64,000 nt of DNA from Callorhinchus milii (lineage: Eukaryota): the NCBI RefSeq assembly GCF_018977255.1, contig NW_024704743.1, forward strand, positions 2,606,001 through 2,670,000. The letters run 5' to 3'. The notes under the pieces are model-generated. The model ran no database searches, was not told where the DNA came from, and worked only from the letters and a program-made list of their open reading frames with translations. Below, piece by piece: positions 11,701 to 25,584 of this stretch. The stretch's first letter is position 1. The number at the start of each line of letters is the position of its first letter. Made by a program: the position numbers and the translations under genes.

Positions 11701-12884
11701 AGAGAAGAAGGGGGACTGGGAACTGGAAGAGCTGAGGTTTGGCATAGTTGCTAACGCTCCTCTGAGTCGAAGGGTTTATTTTGATAGGCTCCAATCCCAT
11801 GTTAGGACTTTACATGCCATGAGTTTGGATATTCTTAGCCACTGTAATGGGTTTCCCCATTTGTTAGATACCTGGATGACCAAAAAGAAAGAGAAAATTC
11901 TGCTCTCTTTTCAAAACAATTCCCCAGATAAAAAAAATTGGTTGTTCCCTTCATTTTTGTTCCTTTTTGTGCTGTGTTGTCTAAACTTGGCTGCTGCGTT
12001 TAACAAAAAAAGTCACTATACTTTACAGAGAAGTGCTTTGAGATGTTTCATTGTGTTGCGTGCAAATACATTAATTGGATGCTGGATTAGTATTCTGCAA
12101 ACTACTCACAGAACGGGTGATGTAAGAACTTTGTAACTAACTAAATTAATATCGACTTCAGAACAATGAGAGCACAGATGCAGTCTTATGAGCTACATTA
12201 TATGTTGGATTTATGTACTTAGATGTAAAAATGTGATTACTTGTTAGTTTAGTTTGTTATTTTTCTAAGTTTGACCTGACTTTATAGTAAAGGGCATCTT
12301 ACGATTATAGCTATCTTTGTCATAAAATGAACATTCAGATATAACCGATAAACTTATTTGGATGTTAGTTCAGGATTATTTGATGACTATCAAAGTGATG
12401 ATGGATATAGTATGATTTTTTTCTTTACTTTGTGCCAAGATTTTAATTGCTTTGTGGGTTCTTAATGTTGCAGGGATCCCAGCCTCCAAAAGAGCGCAAG
12501 GATTTTTTTTTTATCATGGGTGGTGAGCCAACGTTTAAACCGTGAATAGGAGTCTTTTGAAAGCTCGTTTACCTAAGCTTTGTGCTTTTGTGAAAGCTTG
12601 CTGAAACCTAAGCAGAAGTGGAACAGGGGATCTACCCATATTAAAGCTGTTACACTGAAAGTTGCTCTGCGTGTAATCTTTTTGTGCGTAGAATGCAGCA
12701 AAGACACATATTTTGTTCATTTTGAAGCAATAAGCAATTTACATCCATGGATGTATTGTCGCACAAAATACAGGCAAATCTGTGACATTTGAAGCTATGT
12801 GTATATGGCAATTGGTTTCAGCTTTTCAGAGCTTTTTAAAAGTAAATCTATTTCATTAATAATAACAAGCCCTAATTTTTTTTT

Positions 12885-13345
12885 AAAAAAGGATGCTGGA
12901 GCGAATTTAGTTAATTACAAGACCGTACCTAAATATTGTTTGTGGGAAAGGTATTGGAATCCATAATAAAAACTTAAGTAACTAGTCATCTGGAGGAGAA
13001 TATAATTGGGAGCAGCCAACATGGATATACAAACGGTCATGCTTGACCAACTGTATCAAATTCTTTGAAGAAGAAACAAAAAATAGACAAAGGCGATGCA
13101 TGCTGTGTATTTGGATTTTCAGAAAACCTTTGATTAAGTGCCACATGAGAGAGTCTTGACTAAAATCAGGGCATGCGTAGTCGTAAGAGAGGTAGCAGAA
13201 TGGATAAAAGAATGGTTAGAAAAACAAAAGCAAAGCGGAGGACTTAAGAGCATCTTCTCAGGCTGGCAAGAGGTAGTAAGTAGTGTTCGGCAGGGATCTG
13301 TATTAGGACTACAACTGTACAGGCTAGCAGAATGGACAGACAGAT
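12885..13345 (+). mobile_element. Degenerate CR1 RT fragment
   Basis: Encodes remnants YLDFQKxFD, VPHERVLTKI and SSVRQGSVLG. Confidence 0.75.
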
Positions 13346-13624
13346 GACAAATGAATGGTTGCTGTGGAAGGAAACTGAGTAAATCTTATGGTTGGATTTT
13401 TTTTATGGTCGGACGGATGTCTGATATGTGGAAATCCTTTATTCAAATCAGGTAGTGTTTGGAATTTAATCTTCAATTGCACCTGGACTGTACTCTTGAC
13501 TTGAACTATTGCGACATAATAAACATGCATTTACTTCAGACACAACTGAAAGTATTTATTTCCAAATAGAAATTTGGTATCTTACAGTACCTCATTTCGT
13601 CCCTAATTTAATTTAAGAAGTGTT

Positions 13625-14000
13625 ACTTGGCTTGAAAGCACTCTGGCCTCTGAGTCAGCAGGTTCTGGTTTCAAGCGCCACGTTAGGACATGGAATCACA
13701 TAGTCTAAGCTGACACTCCAGTGTGGTGCTGGAGGTGTGTTGCTTTGTTAGAGAGTCCATCTGTCTGCTGATATGTTAAATCGAGGTCCCGTTTCCCTGT
13801 TCAGGTGGACATTAAGGATTGCATGCTACTATTCGAAAACAGAATGGCGTTTCTCCCATGGGATATTGATGTGCGCAATTGTGCTTCTGTGTTTTGCCCA
13901 CAAAATACACTGTCAATCCACTTTCAGTATAACCTGTGAAGCACTTTGAGACATCACGATGACCTAATAAGATGCTATCAAATAAATGCAAGGATTATTA
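13625..14000 (+). mobile_element. Old Deu-domain SINE (SacSINE1/AmnSINE-like). Related relics at ~1-125(-), 10760-11150, 36100-36370, 41590-41760(-), 51560-51880, 55700-55900(-)
   Basis: CTCTGAGTCAG..GGTTTCAAG head, GACACTCCAGTG..GTTAAATCGAGG..CAGGTGGAC Deu-like core and the shared tail. Confidence 0.65.
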
Positions 14001-14431
14001 TAATCATGTACATGAAAGAACAGTGAACAATGTTCATTTTACAACAATGGAGCAGCTGCAGAACTAGATTCTTCTTTCCAGTGTTTTTTTAAATAAAGCT
14101 TTGTAACCTCCACAAAACTTGATCTTATTGCTAGGCAAAAAATCCATTCCGTTGGTTGCTAAAATATTGTTTTTTGTGAGGCAGAGTGATTCAACATGTG
14201 AAAAATTGGAATTGCGTAGACTAACTGTGTAGATTTCTTAAGAACAGTTATTAAACTTTGGACTGATGCATGTGAGCAGGCATCACACAATTATATGACT
14301 GTTATATGATTATGTGATATTATAAGGTGTGTACTCGGACTGTTTGGACTTGTGTTGAATTATTTGAGCAAAATTTAAGTTGTGTAACTTTTACCATTGC
14401 AGGGTTTTCCATTTTGAACTAAATTGGAAAG

Positions 14432-14496
14432 ATGGTGGATTATTACCAAGTGTTAGGAGTATCAAAGAATTCATCTCCAGAAGAAATCAAAAAAGC
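14432..14496 (+). CDS. DNAJB6: DNAJB6 exon 2 coding part (MVDYYQVLGVSKNSSPEEIKKA); exon starts at 14403
   Basis: Acceptor TTGCAG|G at 14402, ATG at 14432, donor GC|GTAAGT at 14497. 65 coding nt encoding the J-domain N-terminus. Confidence 0.97.
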
Positions 14497-14559
14497 GTAA
14501 GTACTTTGGACAGTTGTGTGAACCAACGTAATTTAAGCAGTACAATAGACTTGGAGTTG

Positions 14560-14780
14560 CTATGACCAATTTAGTACATGTGGAAGTTAACCCCATGGCT
14601 GCAGATGATATCACCGAGTGGGAGCATGTAGATATTAAAGTGTAGAGAGAGGACCAATGACTGGCCCCTGAGGAACACGATGGTGCGAGGGGCTGGAGGA
14701 GGAAGCTGTTAGCAAATAACAAAGTGGAGATGGTGGGAAAGGTAAGAGTGAAACCAGGCAAAGACAAAACCATGAAGGTG
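14560..14780 (-). mobile_element. L2 RT fragment
   Basis: The reverse strand encodes a VPQGPVIGPLxxLYT..HxIISxHGVNFHMY-like RT motif. Confidence 0.6.
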
Positions 14781-17149
14781 GAGCTGAGAGGAGAGACAGT
14801 GGAGAAGAGTGCTTGAGTCTGTTTGCCATTAAATTTTACAACATTAAATTGAAGTGTAAAACAAATGTCTTCATTTTATTTAAATTTGGGAAGTTGTTGC
14901 CTTTTTAAGTAGAACCAATGACTCTGCTAAATCCCCTCGCAGCGAACTGGGTAAGTGCTTTAAGGCACATTCCTGGCAGGAAAGGCACCGCTGTATTTAA
15001 TGTAAATTGTCTAGCGATCTTCAACATGGACTGGGTGGGTCAGGTATCTTCCTACACTGCAAGTTCTATAATTTAGTACTTCATACTTTGAAATTATAAA
15101 ATGTTGTGACATCTAGTGATGAGATGATGCTACTGCTCATCTTGCCTGCTTTTTTAATCCAGCTAGGCCAGTTTCTGCTCCTGAGTTTGATCTTTAATGT
15201 TTTCCGCTACCTCAAACACTTAAAATGAAGCATTTCCTTTCAATTACTTAATTTGGAATTGTGTGTTCTTTGCAAATGGATTATTGAGGCCAAGTCATTT
15301 TGCTGTTACATAAAACTAGATGAATCCTGTATTGACAAATTCTGTTAAAATAATCCTCCAGTATCTGTTATTTTTCATCAAAAAGGTGCAAAGTGTAAAA
15401 TGTTTTCCTTGCTCCTGAAAATAGTGATGCGTGCCTAAGTAAAATTGCCAGTCAGTTTCTGGCAATTCACCAAACTGGTTATAAGTCAGTAAGTGTCAGG
15501 AGGGCATCCTATGTTCACCAAAAATAAGTTGAAGCTCATTCTTGTGCAGGAAGGTTTATCTGCAAGGCACCACTCTCTTGAGTTATTAACCTACTGTCAT
15601 TAAGTCATATTACCTTGACCTGGCACTTTGAGATAATGAATGATTTGGCATAACTGTGCTTCAAGCAGGTCTGAGCATGTATGGCTCTCCCTACCAGTTC
15701 TGTTCTGTTTGTATGTTGTCGACGGAATGAAGAATATGAAATATGCATAGTTCCATCAGTTTCCTAAATCTGCATGTGTCTTATAATAATGCTGTAACTT
15801 GTATTGCTTAGATTTACTTGTAAGCGATTTGCTTAGTCTCTTTGTTTCTCTGAGGAATTCATATTTGCTGTTGGTTTGTTATAAATATAGTTAGGAACCA
15901 ATGTTAATAGAACTTTGAGTCATTGTATGTGCCATATAATTGCATGGCATCTGTCTGGTCCCAACTCCATGCAATTGTATGGAATGCATTGTACTTTGGA
16001 GCTATTCCTTGAAAATCTGGGTCAGTAAAGTATCAGGAATCCTGACATGCAGATTTCTTGTGCAATAATTAATACAAGGAAAGATACTGATTTACCCTCA
16101 CAATCATCAGGTACTATGTTTAAATTCTCTTTGTTTGCATTGTTCAACTATTTGCTGCAAATGAGAATAATCCTTGCATTTGATTATAGCTCCTTTCACG
16201 TCGGGTTGGTGTTCCCAAAGTACTTCACAGGATACACTGTAAAGTGACTGTTTTATGTGAACGAACAATCATTACTTTATATGCTATCATTAAATGTAAT
16301 TTGATTTGGCGCATTTTCACTTAGCCTTGGCTTGGCAAATATGTTTTATTGCATGCTGTGGAACCACAATTATCGAACATAAAGCAGATAATGCATCCTA
16401 TTTCTATCACTAGCTGCTTTCCCTTAGGTGCACTTTGTAGTGAACTTTAATTTATCTATGATGCTGCTGTGAACAATAGCATTTTCACTGCACTAACGTT
16501 TGGCCTTTGAGTGGCTGTCTTTATGGTCGTTCAGAGGTGGTTCAAGAATCCTTTTAAGAGGTGAAAATCAAAAATCCTTATAAAGAAATGAACTCAAAGC
16601 TATTTTTTGTTAAGATGTGTCTTGCCCAGCAGATTGCACTTGCCATTGAATCTTTTATATATCCGAGCTGTCTTGAATAGCAGAGTGTTTGTTAATGAAG
16701 TGTTATTCGATGAGAAAGAGTAGCTGTCAAATGGTTATTTTCCGAGTAGGGAAATTGTGATTTAATGTAAAATGAATTGCAGAGAAGACAGTGTACAGAA
16801 GCACCAAGTTTACCATGAATCAACTATCTAAATGAGGATTAAAGAGAAATGTTATTATGCTTCCCAACTCTTTCCTCCACAAGATGCAGATTTGTGTCAT
16901 CCCCCAACTAAGCTCTGAGAGCAGATTACCCCAACCTTGGCTCCCCATCCACCTAGATCTGGGTGGGCCAAATGGTGGCCCGTGCGCCCACTTCGTCTAT
17001 CTCTCCCCCCAATCCATTTCATGTGGCTCAAATGCTTTCTCCGTAGGTAGAAATGTTACGTTTCTGGAAGGGAAACACAAAAATATTGTTTATGCGGCCC
17101 ACAGATGGTTCTCAAATAGGGCATCCGGCCCTCAGCAGCCAAAAGATTG

Positions 17150-17480
17150 GACCACCCACCCTGCCCCAGAGGATCAAGTTCCTTATCCTCACTTTTAAAT
17201 CCCTCCATGGTCTTGCTCCTCCCCTGCGATCAACTCCAACACTACCAAGGATCCACTCCCTGTGTTCGGCAGGTACTGGCCTGTTCCATGTCCCCGCCCT
17301 CTTTTGAGGCTTGTCTCAAGAACTTTCTCTTTGGATGACCTTTGGTCATCCTCCCAACTCCAATCACCTTGCCATCCATCCCTCAAGACTCCAACCCCCA
17401 ACTCTGGTGCAAATCCTTGACTGAGCAGGGCCTTGGGACATCCTCTTGACTTGAAAAGCACTGGGTGATTGCAATCTGTT
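17150..17480 (+). mobile_element. L2 3' fragment
   Basis: PQRIKFLILTFKSLHGLAP, then the L2 tail CCTTGGGACATCCTCTTGAC..GAAAAGCAC. Confidence 0.7.
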
Positions 17481-17849
17481 GAGTTTTGCCCTCAAGATCT
17501 ATAGGTGGATTGTTTTAGACAATGGAACGAACGTAGGTTCACTGATGTGAATCGGTTGACCCTTGTCACTATACATGCATGCAGTCGGCCAGTGCCAGCT
17601 GGCTACCAGGCTAAGCAATGGCTGACTCCCAGGTCATCAGATTGCTGTCAGCAACATCCTGTGTACAACTGATGTTCTAAAATTGGGAGTGAGATTGCCA
17701 GCTGTGTAGATGCACTGTGAATGCAGTAGTGCTCACCACGTATTGTAGCCCTGTTTTAATGTGGGCTGGAATTTTATGCACTGCTGTCTTATAACTGGAA
17801 TCCACTGTACCCGGATTGTCACTGACTTGTAGTGTATTCTTCACACAAG

Positions 17850-17959
17850 GTATCGCAAATCAGCGCTGAAATGGCACCCAGATAAGAATCCCGACAACAA
17901 GGACGAGGCAGAGTCAAAGTTCAAGCAAATTTCAGAAGCATATGAAGTTCTTTCAGATG
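17850..17959 (+). CDS. DNAJB6: DNAJB6 exon 3 ([36 protein letters not shown])
   Basis: HPD motif, AAG|G acceptor, G|GTAAGT donor. 110 nt, in phase with exon 2. Confidence 0.98.
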
Positions 17960-19267
17960 GTAAGTGATACTATTTGCAAATGTTTTGCCTTAACATTTAA
18001 ACTAAGGGCAATCCAACTTCTGATGGATAACAAGGATATCATCTCAATTAATGCTCATATTTCTGTTTATTACTGTTGATCATGACTCTTACCGTTGATT
18101 CATCTCAATTTCCACTTCCATTACCTGACTTGTAAAAAAACAAGACTATTGATTGAAATCTACTGTAGTTGATACTGAAGATTGCATTGAAGTGTCTTAA
18201 TACATCTGCAAATCGGGCGTACAATATAATTGTAATCCTATAGTGTAATACATGCAAATGCAACTGGACTTCTGAGTGCTTCAGGAAATGCTGCAGTTCA
18301 CTGAAATGTACTTTGGTTTAGTTCAAGTGACTATTATATTGTTACAAAACTAGGCTTGTCAAGGGTTCTCCTTTTTAATATTTTAAAGTCTTAAACCATT
18401 CAAGTGGGTCTAAAAGAAGCAGATAAATCATTTATTTTGTATATCCTTCAGTAATCTGTGTGAACATTATTAGTAGTCATTGCAACTGCTCTTTGGGCTG
18501 TGAAAGTGGTTGGGTAAATCAAATGGGAAATGAAAATGAGGAAACTCCGTTGCAGGGAATTATTTGAAAGATTAATCTTCCTGAAATGAAGGATTAAACT
18601 AGATGAGAAAGTTCCTGGCTGAAAAAATCACTTTTCTAGGATGCAACACTGAGCTCTCTAATTATAGTCGTAAAATATACATATTTTACTTAAGAATAGC
18701 TTTACACATAGAACTCAGTTGAGGTGATGTTTCTGGGTAACTGGGCGCGACACAGTGTTTCCATATGTTCAGTTGCTCCTATAGTAACCTGCGATGTTTA
18801 TCTTGGTTTAAAATGTGGGCACTTTTGCCAACTGGTAGGTTCAGAAGTGTGGAATGGTAGACCTGGGGTTTAAGCCTTGCCAAAATTTGATGTGAATCCA
18901 AAACATGATCATTTAGCAGTACAGCTTTGCCATTGTTATTTATAATTACCTTAAAGCCAGTTATTGTTAAAATAAATCTATTACTTTCAAACCGCTACAG
19001 CAATACAATGAAGAAAAGAAAAAGAAACTTAATGTTGGAGATTCTAAATGTTTATATGACACAAGTGGCTCCACACATACATTGTATTGTCTAATGAGCC
19101 ATTCGTGATTTAATTTTACATATTTCTCTAAAATTGTCCTTCCTCTCTAGTCATTGTAATTATAAGTTGCTTTCTTTGAATGTTTACCTGATATCTAATA
19201 CTGAATATGGCTTATAGAATCGATGCAGACTTGAATTTCTTTGATACTAAATATGTTTTATATATAG

Positions 19268-19327
19268 TCTCCAAACGTGATGTCTATGATCGTTATGGAA
19301 AAGATGGCTTAACAAATATCGGTGGAG
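19268..19327 (+). CDS. DNAJB6: DNAJB6 exon 4 (VSKRDVYDRYGKDGLTNIGG)
   Basis: TAG|TC acceptor, G|GTAAGT donor. 60 nt encoding the end of the J-domain. Confidence 0.96.
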
Positions 19328-19722
19328 GTAAGTAAGCAGTCCAATTCTGTGAGGTACAGGTTTTTAACTTTTAACTCCTAGGTTAAATACTTGGTGTAGT
19401 GTTTGATTAGTTAACATTGCTTCAATTGAAACAACATTATTACACTGTGTTGGCAGGGATCCCCTGCTGAGCGGGAATGGTATTTTGGTTACCCCCAAAT
19501 ACCTCTTTAAGCCAGACCAAACGTCCGTCCTTGATGTCTCCGACTTATCTGGCTGCCACTGTATTTGGCTTTGAAACTAAAGAAAAATTGTTATTGAACA
19601 GAAAAAAACTAACTACAAATTCTGGAGATTATGTACTTGTTGTTCCTTTTAATTAATGGCTGCAAATGGTGGTATGTGCGGTGTGAAATCATGATGATTT
19701 ATGGACTTTCTTTCCCCTCTAG

Positions 19723-19827
19723 GTGGCCAATATAACAGTGGCTATAACTTTGGCTTCACATTCCGTAACCCTGAAGACGTTTTCAGGGAGTTCTTTGGAG
19801 GCCGGGATCCTTTTGCAGACTTTTTCA
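19723..19827 (+). CDS. DNAJB6: DNAJB6 exon 5 ([35 protein letters not shown]), G/F region
   Basis: Pyrimidine tract plus TAG acceptor, A|GTGAGT donor. 105 nt with the [16 protein letters not shown] signature. Confidence 0.97.
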
Positions 19828-20446
19828 GTGAGTAACACTTTCTCTCAGACTACATCTTGAGTCCGTTATGCATTATCTAAATGTTTCTGTTTTTCTGCCT
19901 TTTTTTTGGGTGCTCAAAGCATTCATGAGCTGGAATCTTAGCACTATATGAAGAAACTGAAATAAGCAATTATCATCCTTTCGGACAGTGCTCTGTATTC
20001 TATCAAATACAATGCCCCTACCCAAACAATCCCATTTGCCTTTATGGGGGGACCCATTTTACATGTATGCCTCATGTACTACTAGAACTTGAACTATGTT
20101 GCATTCCACGTAATAGGTAGCGTCTTGGAATGCTGAACAATAGCACAGATTAATGGAGAGCTGGGGAGAAGGAGGGGTAATGGTAGGCACAGTCGAAGAG
20201 GAAAGTCTTCAGGTACAATGTGACAGAGAGGGGGCGAGATGGAGGAATTGAGGTAGGAAGTTCCAGAGGTCTGGACCAGTGTCCTCCAAAGGTCGGTGGG
20301 TGAAGGAGTGGGGTACGAGTTGGTTGGAGAGGTAGGAAGGTGCTAAAACATGAAGTGATTTGCAGGTGAGGGTAAGCATCTTGAAATCGATCTATTAGAA
20401 AGATGTAGAAAGTTCATATAATTGCTTTCTGCCCAATCAATCAATC

Positions 20447-20797
20447 GCAAGCGAGAGACCTGGGTTTGATTCCCGACAGGGAGAAATGTTGGGCAAGTTT
20501 GCTTACTCCACACACCTCTGTTTACCTAGCAATAAGTAGGAACCCGGTTGTTAGACGATTGGTGGATTGCATTTTTGGGGCTAATAATCCTTCAAAAAAA
20601 TAATAAGTTGGTCACTTCAATCCACGACTGTTTTTGGGACACTGCTGTGTGCAATTGGCAGCTGTTTCTCCAACAAAATATACAGTCAGTGCACTTTACA
20701 ATATACTCTGTGAAGCCCTTTGAGACGTCTCAAAGACGTGATTATTATTTATTATTATAAGGCGTTATATCAAATGCAAGGAATATTATTATTATAA
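20447..20797 (+). mobile_element. Long-type SINE, 5'-truncated
   Basis: B-box, CORE-like segment, body and (TTA)n tail. Confidence 0.85.
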
Positions 20798-21151
20798 TCT
20801 GGTTCCAGGTAAATTGGGGGTGTACTGGGCCAATTCCTGACAATTTCTCTTGAGGGATAGGGGGACACTTCTGCCCCTTTTCTACATGTGGCAACATGTT
20901 AGAATATAAGAATTCAGTAATTTAATAATAATCCTTACATTTTGATATCACTACTTTCATGTCAGGATGACGTTTCAAAGAGCTTTACAGTGTACATTGT
21001 AAAGTGTATGACAGTATTTTCTGGGGGAAATATCTGCCAAGCTCAATTAAGAGCTCCATTACAGCACTAAAGCTTCTTTGAGGTGGCTTGGACTCCCTTG
21101 ATGTCAGTTTTGTATTGTGAGGCTAACCTAATTTGTAAATCTACATTACAG

Positions 21152-21271
21152 TGGATGATCCCTTCGATGACTTTTTTGGACATAGGCGAGGTCGGCATGG
21201 GGTTGAAAGAAGCCGGGGAGGTGGGGGATCATTCTTCCCTGGATTTGGTGGCTTCCCTGCGTTTGACCCTG
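21152..21271 (+). CDS. DNAJB6: DNAJB6 exon 6 ([40 protein letters not shown])
   Basis: TACAG|TG acceptor, G|GTAAGA donor. 120 nt, phase 1-1. Confidence 0.96.
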
Positions 21272-22311
21272 GTAAGAATAAAAAAANCTTTTGTAAATGT
21301 TTACAAGCAAAACAGTACAATCAATCAACTTCACGGTGACGCACATTTTAAAATGAGATGCAGTAACCAATCAAGTCAACATTTCTCCAAGCCTCGGGCC
21401 ACAGGTCATCATTTTCTAGGCATAATGGGAATGAAGGCTTTGTGCTGTACTTTCACTTGATTTTAGGGTTGTGTGAGTGACTTCTGAATTCTCTAGAATT
21501 TCAGTTTTTCCTTCTTCCAGCTTATTCAGACTCTTGCCAACTGTGCTTCAGCTTTTTCTCTAGTTTTAAACTGTGTTGATTGCTAGGAATAGCTGCTTAT
21601 TACTAAGCATAAAACCACAGAAGCTGAAGCATTGCTGGGTTAATGACTACTCAACACCGAGGAGATGTCAAGTTAGCAGTTTGCCAAGTCAGTATCCTGG
21701 TGTCAGCAGCTATCAAACAATGTGAACCAGCTATCAAACAACATTGAGTGATCTTTTGTTTCAAGTACTGATGATGACAATAACTATTTACATTTTTTGC
21801 CTTAAAACCTCCCTTTTTAATAAAGTGTCAGCTTGGCTCAGTTGGTTGCAATCAGAAGGCTGTTGGTTCAAGCCCCATGTTGAGACTTTGGAGTCACATT
21901 CTGGGCTTTGGTCAGTGCTCTCAAATTCCTTTGCTTCCTGGTCATTGATGTTCCTCTTGGTATAGCACTTTGAAGTGATTCAGTTTGCCGGTGGTTTTAC
22001 ATTTCTACTGCAATCTGAAGATTTTTTTTAAAGAGGTATAGTTAAATTTCCGTACCGTGATTTCTCCCAGCATATCCTCGTAAACCCACCACATGCACTG
22101 ACTGCTCTGATTTACCATGACTGCTCTGTGAGCATTTTGGACAAAAAAAATGCCGTGTCAAATCTGCAGCCCTAGTTACAAGGAAGCCAGTGTTGTAAGA
22201 AGTGCTGTGTAATGGGGTTCCAGTGTCATAAGCCAAATAAATACTGTTTGAAATGATATCCATTTTATTAGTAAGTCATGTAAGCTTATTGAATATTTCT
22301 TGTTTTTCCAG

Positions 22312-22453
22312 GCTTTACTTCATTCAGTTCTTTTGGTAATCTTGGAACTGCTTCATTCAGCTCCTCTTCATTTGGAAATGGAGGCATGGGGAATTTTCGA
22401 TCAGTATCAACATCTACCAAGTTTGTTAATGGAAGGAAAATCTCCACTAAGAG
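22312..22453 (+). CDS. DNAJB6: DNAJB6 exon 7 ([48 protein letters not shown]), S/T-rich region
   Basis: TTTTTCCAG|GC acceptor, AG|GTATTA donor. 142 nt. Confidence 0.97.
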
Positions 22454-24202
22454 GTATTATAAACATTGACTTACTATATTGACTTAATAGTCAGTGCAGG
22501 AATTCATTTGATTTCCCATAAAAATATAAGAACTTGTTCAAACAACTTTTTCTAACAACATCAAACTAGATTTTTAGTATTTCGCTTGCAAATGTAGAGT
22601 TGCATTTTCTAAGTCTCAAACAGTGAACAATCTTTGGCTCGCATTTGTTCATGTGCAACCTTCTTGCAGATTGATTGCTGGCACAATATCTGCTGTTACT
22701 GAGAAGTCAGATCAGAGTATGTTTGGCATCCAGTGGTGGGCAAAGTGACAAGTGCAGTTCGGCCCCCTCAACGAGCATTGGCTCTTGTGACAACTACGCT
22801 AGTGATCCTCTCTCCCTGTGTGGTGAATTACCAAGACATGCAGCCCATGGACTATATGACAAGGGGCGGGTAGAAGTCAAAATATCCTTTTGATGTATGG
22901 CACATGAAGAAATACAAACCTTACAGTATATTTTTGTCAAAGAGTTTTTCATTAAATCCTTCCAGACTGTTGGGCAGAAGGAAAAAAAGGAAGCTTGGAA
23001 GAGTTGGTTGTTAGGATAGGTGTCATTCTGGCTCATTCGGTATCGCTCTTGGAAGCTCATGGGCTCATGACCCATATGAGGACTTTAGACTCTACCTAGG
23101 CCAGGGTTGTCAAACTCATTTTATATGGTAGGCCTGATTCCAAATCCTGGCACTCAATCGCCGTCAGCAAAGGTTACTAACATTGAAATGGATAAAGATA
23201 AACTATTATTGGTACTTACTTACGTTTGGAGCAAACGACTGGGCTGAGGTGATGTGGAGTATCTTGCCGTCACTCTCCACACTGCCTCGTGACTGAGCGG
23301 AAGAGAGGTGCAGCTAAGAGGGTGTCGAGGAGCCGCATAGACCCTGGGGCACTAAGGCATACGATACCTGTTTTATTGGTTAATCCAACCCTGAGTAGGG
23401 GAGCTAACCCTGCCCGTACAGACACCATCATTCTAACATTTAATGACCTTCCCATTCTGCATGGTTCAGTTTCACACGCCAGAGGCTCGAGCCATAAAAT
23501 TTCTTAAAGAGGTAATATTGTAGTTTTATTCTCGTCAGATTGTACTATTTCATTTCTGTGCAGCTTGAGCTTCTTGTTGAGAATTTAGGAAGCTGTTAAT
23601 TGGAAGCAGTGTTGGATGTTTTCCCACAATTGTTTATCCTGAAAGATGATCCGTTAAAGGTCAGATTGTGCCTTTTCCTCGGGTGTCTTACACAGTCCGC
23701 TCAAGTTGGAATGGTTTACTCTTCAGACACAGTAATAGGCAGATTATCAGCAAATTCAGCTGTTTGATAAAAAAAATCCATTCAGGAGTTTGGGTCACGA
23801 GTCTTGTAGAATTTTTAAAAGAATAAATTAGTTTGACCCAAATGGACTACAATTTTACTTCGCCTTGTACATTCCTGTGCAAATTAGCTTGTGTTTGGTT
23901 AGCTTGCCCACACTCGCTGTGGAAGCTCACACATGATTAATGATGACTTGAGCAACGTACTGGAGGGTTACTGGCACACACCCTAGTGGAAGGAAAATGA
24001 GTCAAATGCCTTCAGGATACGAGGTGAAAATAATGGCAGGAATAAAAAANCAAAACCATGTTTTATCAATTTTCAATACTTGTATTCTGGCAGATTCCGC
24101 ATGTCCTTTTAAGTCAAATCCCTCACTGTCCAGAGCCTTAGGACGTCCTCCCAGTGTGAAATGCGGTGTACAAATGTCATTTGTTGTTGTAATCATGACT
24201 GA

Positions 24203-24325
<123 letters not shown>

Positions 24326-24947
24326 ATCTTCCCTCGTATTTAATGAAAATGGATCAGCTTTCATGGGGAAGCAAAAGATTTTTGAGAATATCCTTGAAGG
24401 AACTTTGCTGCATACGTTGTTTTGTTTAATAGTTTGCTGCTTCTTATGGCATCTATACTGTTTATGCCATATGTGGAGTTTACTTTCATGGGACCACAGT
24501 ACAGGACCTTCTGACTTTTGTTTTGGAGTTTTGTTTGTATTACAAATCTATTAATGCACTTTTCTGTAACATTTTGCTTTGTGCATATTTACTTTTGAAT
24601 CTTAAGTAGAGATTGCCCTACTTACTCTAGGCAGAAATGTTCTGTTTAAACGAATGCTATTTAGTGGCTTCTAACTTCATGGAGTATTAACCTGTTAAAA
24701 ATTTTCTAACTCCTATTTTGTACTTAGCATTGAATATAAGTAAGAATATTTAATGATCTAGTTTGCATTTTTGCTTGAAATTCCATCTTTTTGTGGTGGT
24801 TTTTGATTTTGCATGTATGCTACTTCAGTGATGTGTTTTGGGAACTGTTAATTGTTTGTCGTTATGATCTGACCAAAGTCAACAGCATAACATGTTGATG
24901 CTGGCAGAATGAAGCTTAAAACATTTGTTAACAAATGACGTAAACAA

Positions 24948-24976
24948 AATAAAATGCTTGTGGCACAACCATTAAA
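24948..24976 (+). terminator. DNAJB6: Candidate intronic polyadenylation signals for DNAJB6 isoform b
   Basis: AATAAA at 24948-24953 and ATTAAA at 24971-24976, after ~620 nt of AU-rich repeat-free UTR and followed by TG-rich sequence. Confidence 0.6.
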
Positions 24977-25584
24977 ATGGCATGAAAAATATATTGTGTC
25001 TATGTGGTGATTTGGAGTTTAATTGTAACCTTGTACAATTGCATCTGTGCCAGTCTACCAGCATTGAATGCTTGCTTACTTTCACTTAGAAAACTTGCTG
25101 GGTGTTTTGCTGAACACAAATGCTAACAGCACTTAATATCATGCACTAAACTGCATGAAACTCATGGTGATGGGCACGTTCAAGAATAAACGTTGGTGAC
25201 GGGCATGTTGAAGTATTAAGGAAGGCACTAGTTTTTTTTTAAAAGATACAATTTCTAACTGTTGAGGGCTATTTAAATTTGACATTAGTTTGCCGTGTGT
25301 TTGTCTGATATTGAATTGCTGTTGAGCACTATGTTGATTTGAAGTGAACATTTTAAATTATTCCTAATCTCCTTGTATCTGGTTTCATAATCAAAATACA
25401 CAAGGTACAGAGTCATGCTCCAGTTACGCAGTGTTAGTTTACAAACCGCAAATCTCAAGGAGTAGGTGACCTTAATGCAGATCATTCAGAACTATGCAGG
25501 TCGTGTCCTCTTCTGCGCCAGGCTCCGTGACTCCATCACACCCATCCTCACCTGGCTCCACTGGCTCCCCAGCCCCCAGAGGAT

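Noticed and set aside
12474..12522. Possible extra 5' UTR exon (TTGCAG|...|GTGAGC)
   Set aside because: Splice-like motifs only, expected by chance in a 9-kb intron.
17860..17862. Ser in place of the usual Leu in YRKLALKWHPD
   Set aside because: From recall this position varies among DNAJB6 orthologues. HPD and the reading frame are intact, so it is not evidence of pseudogenisation.
23102..23150. hAT-like terminus CAGGGTTGTCAAACTCATTT
   Set aside because: No matching opposite terminus or 8-bp TSD found.
21287..24050. Single N bases at 21287 and 24050
   Set aside because: Ambiguous calls at the ends of intronic poly-A runs; technical.
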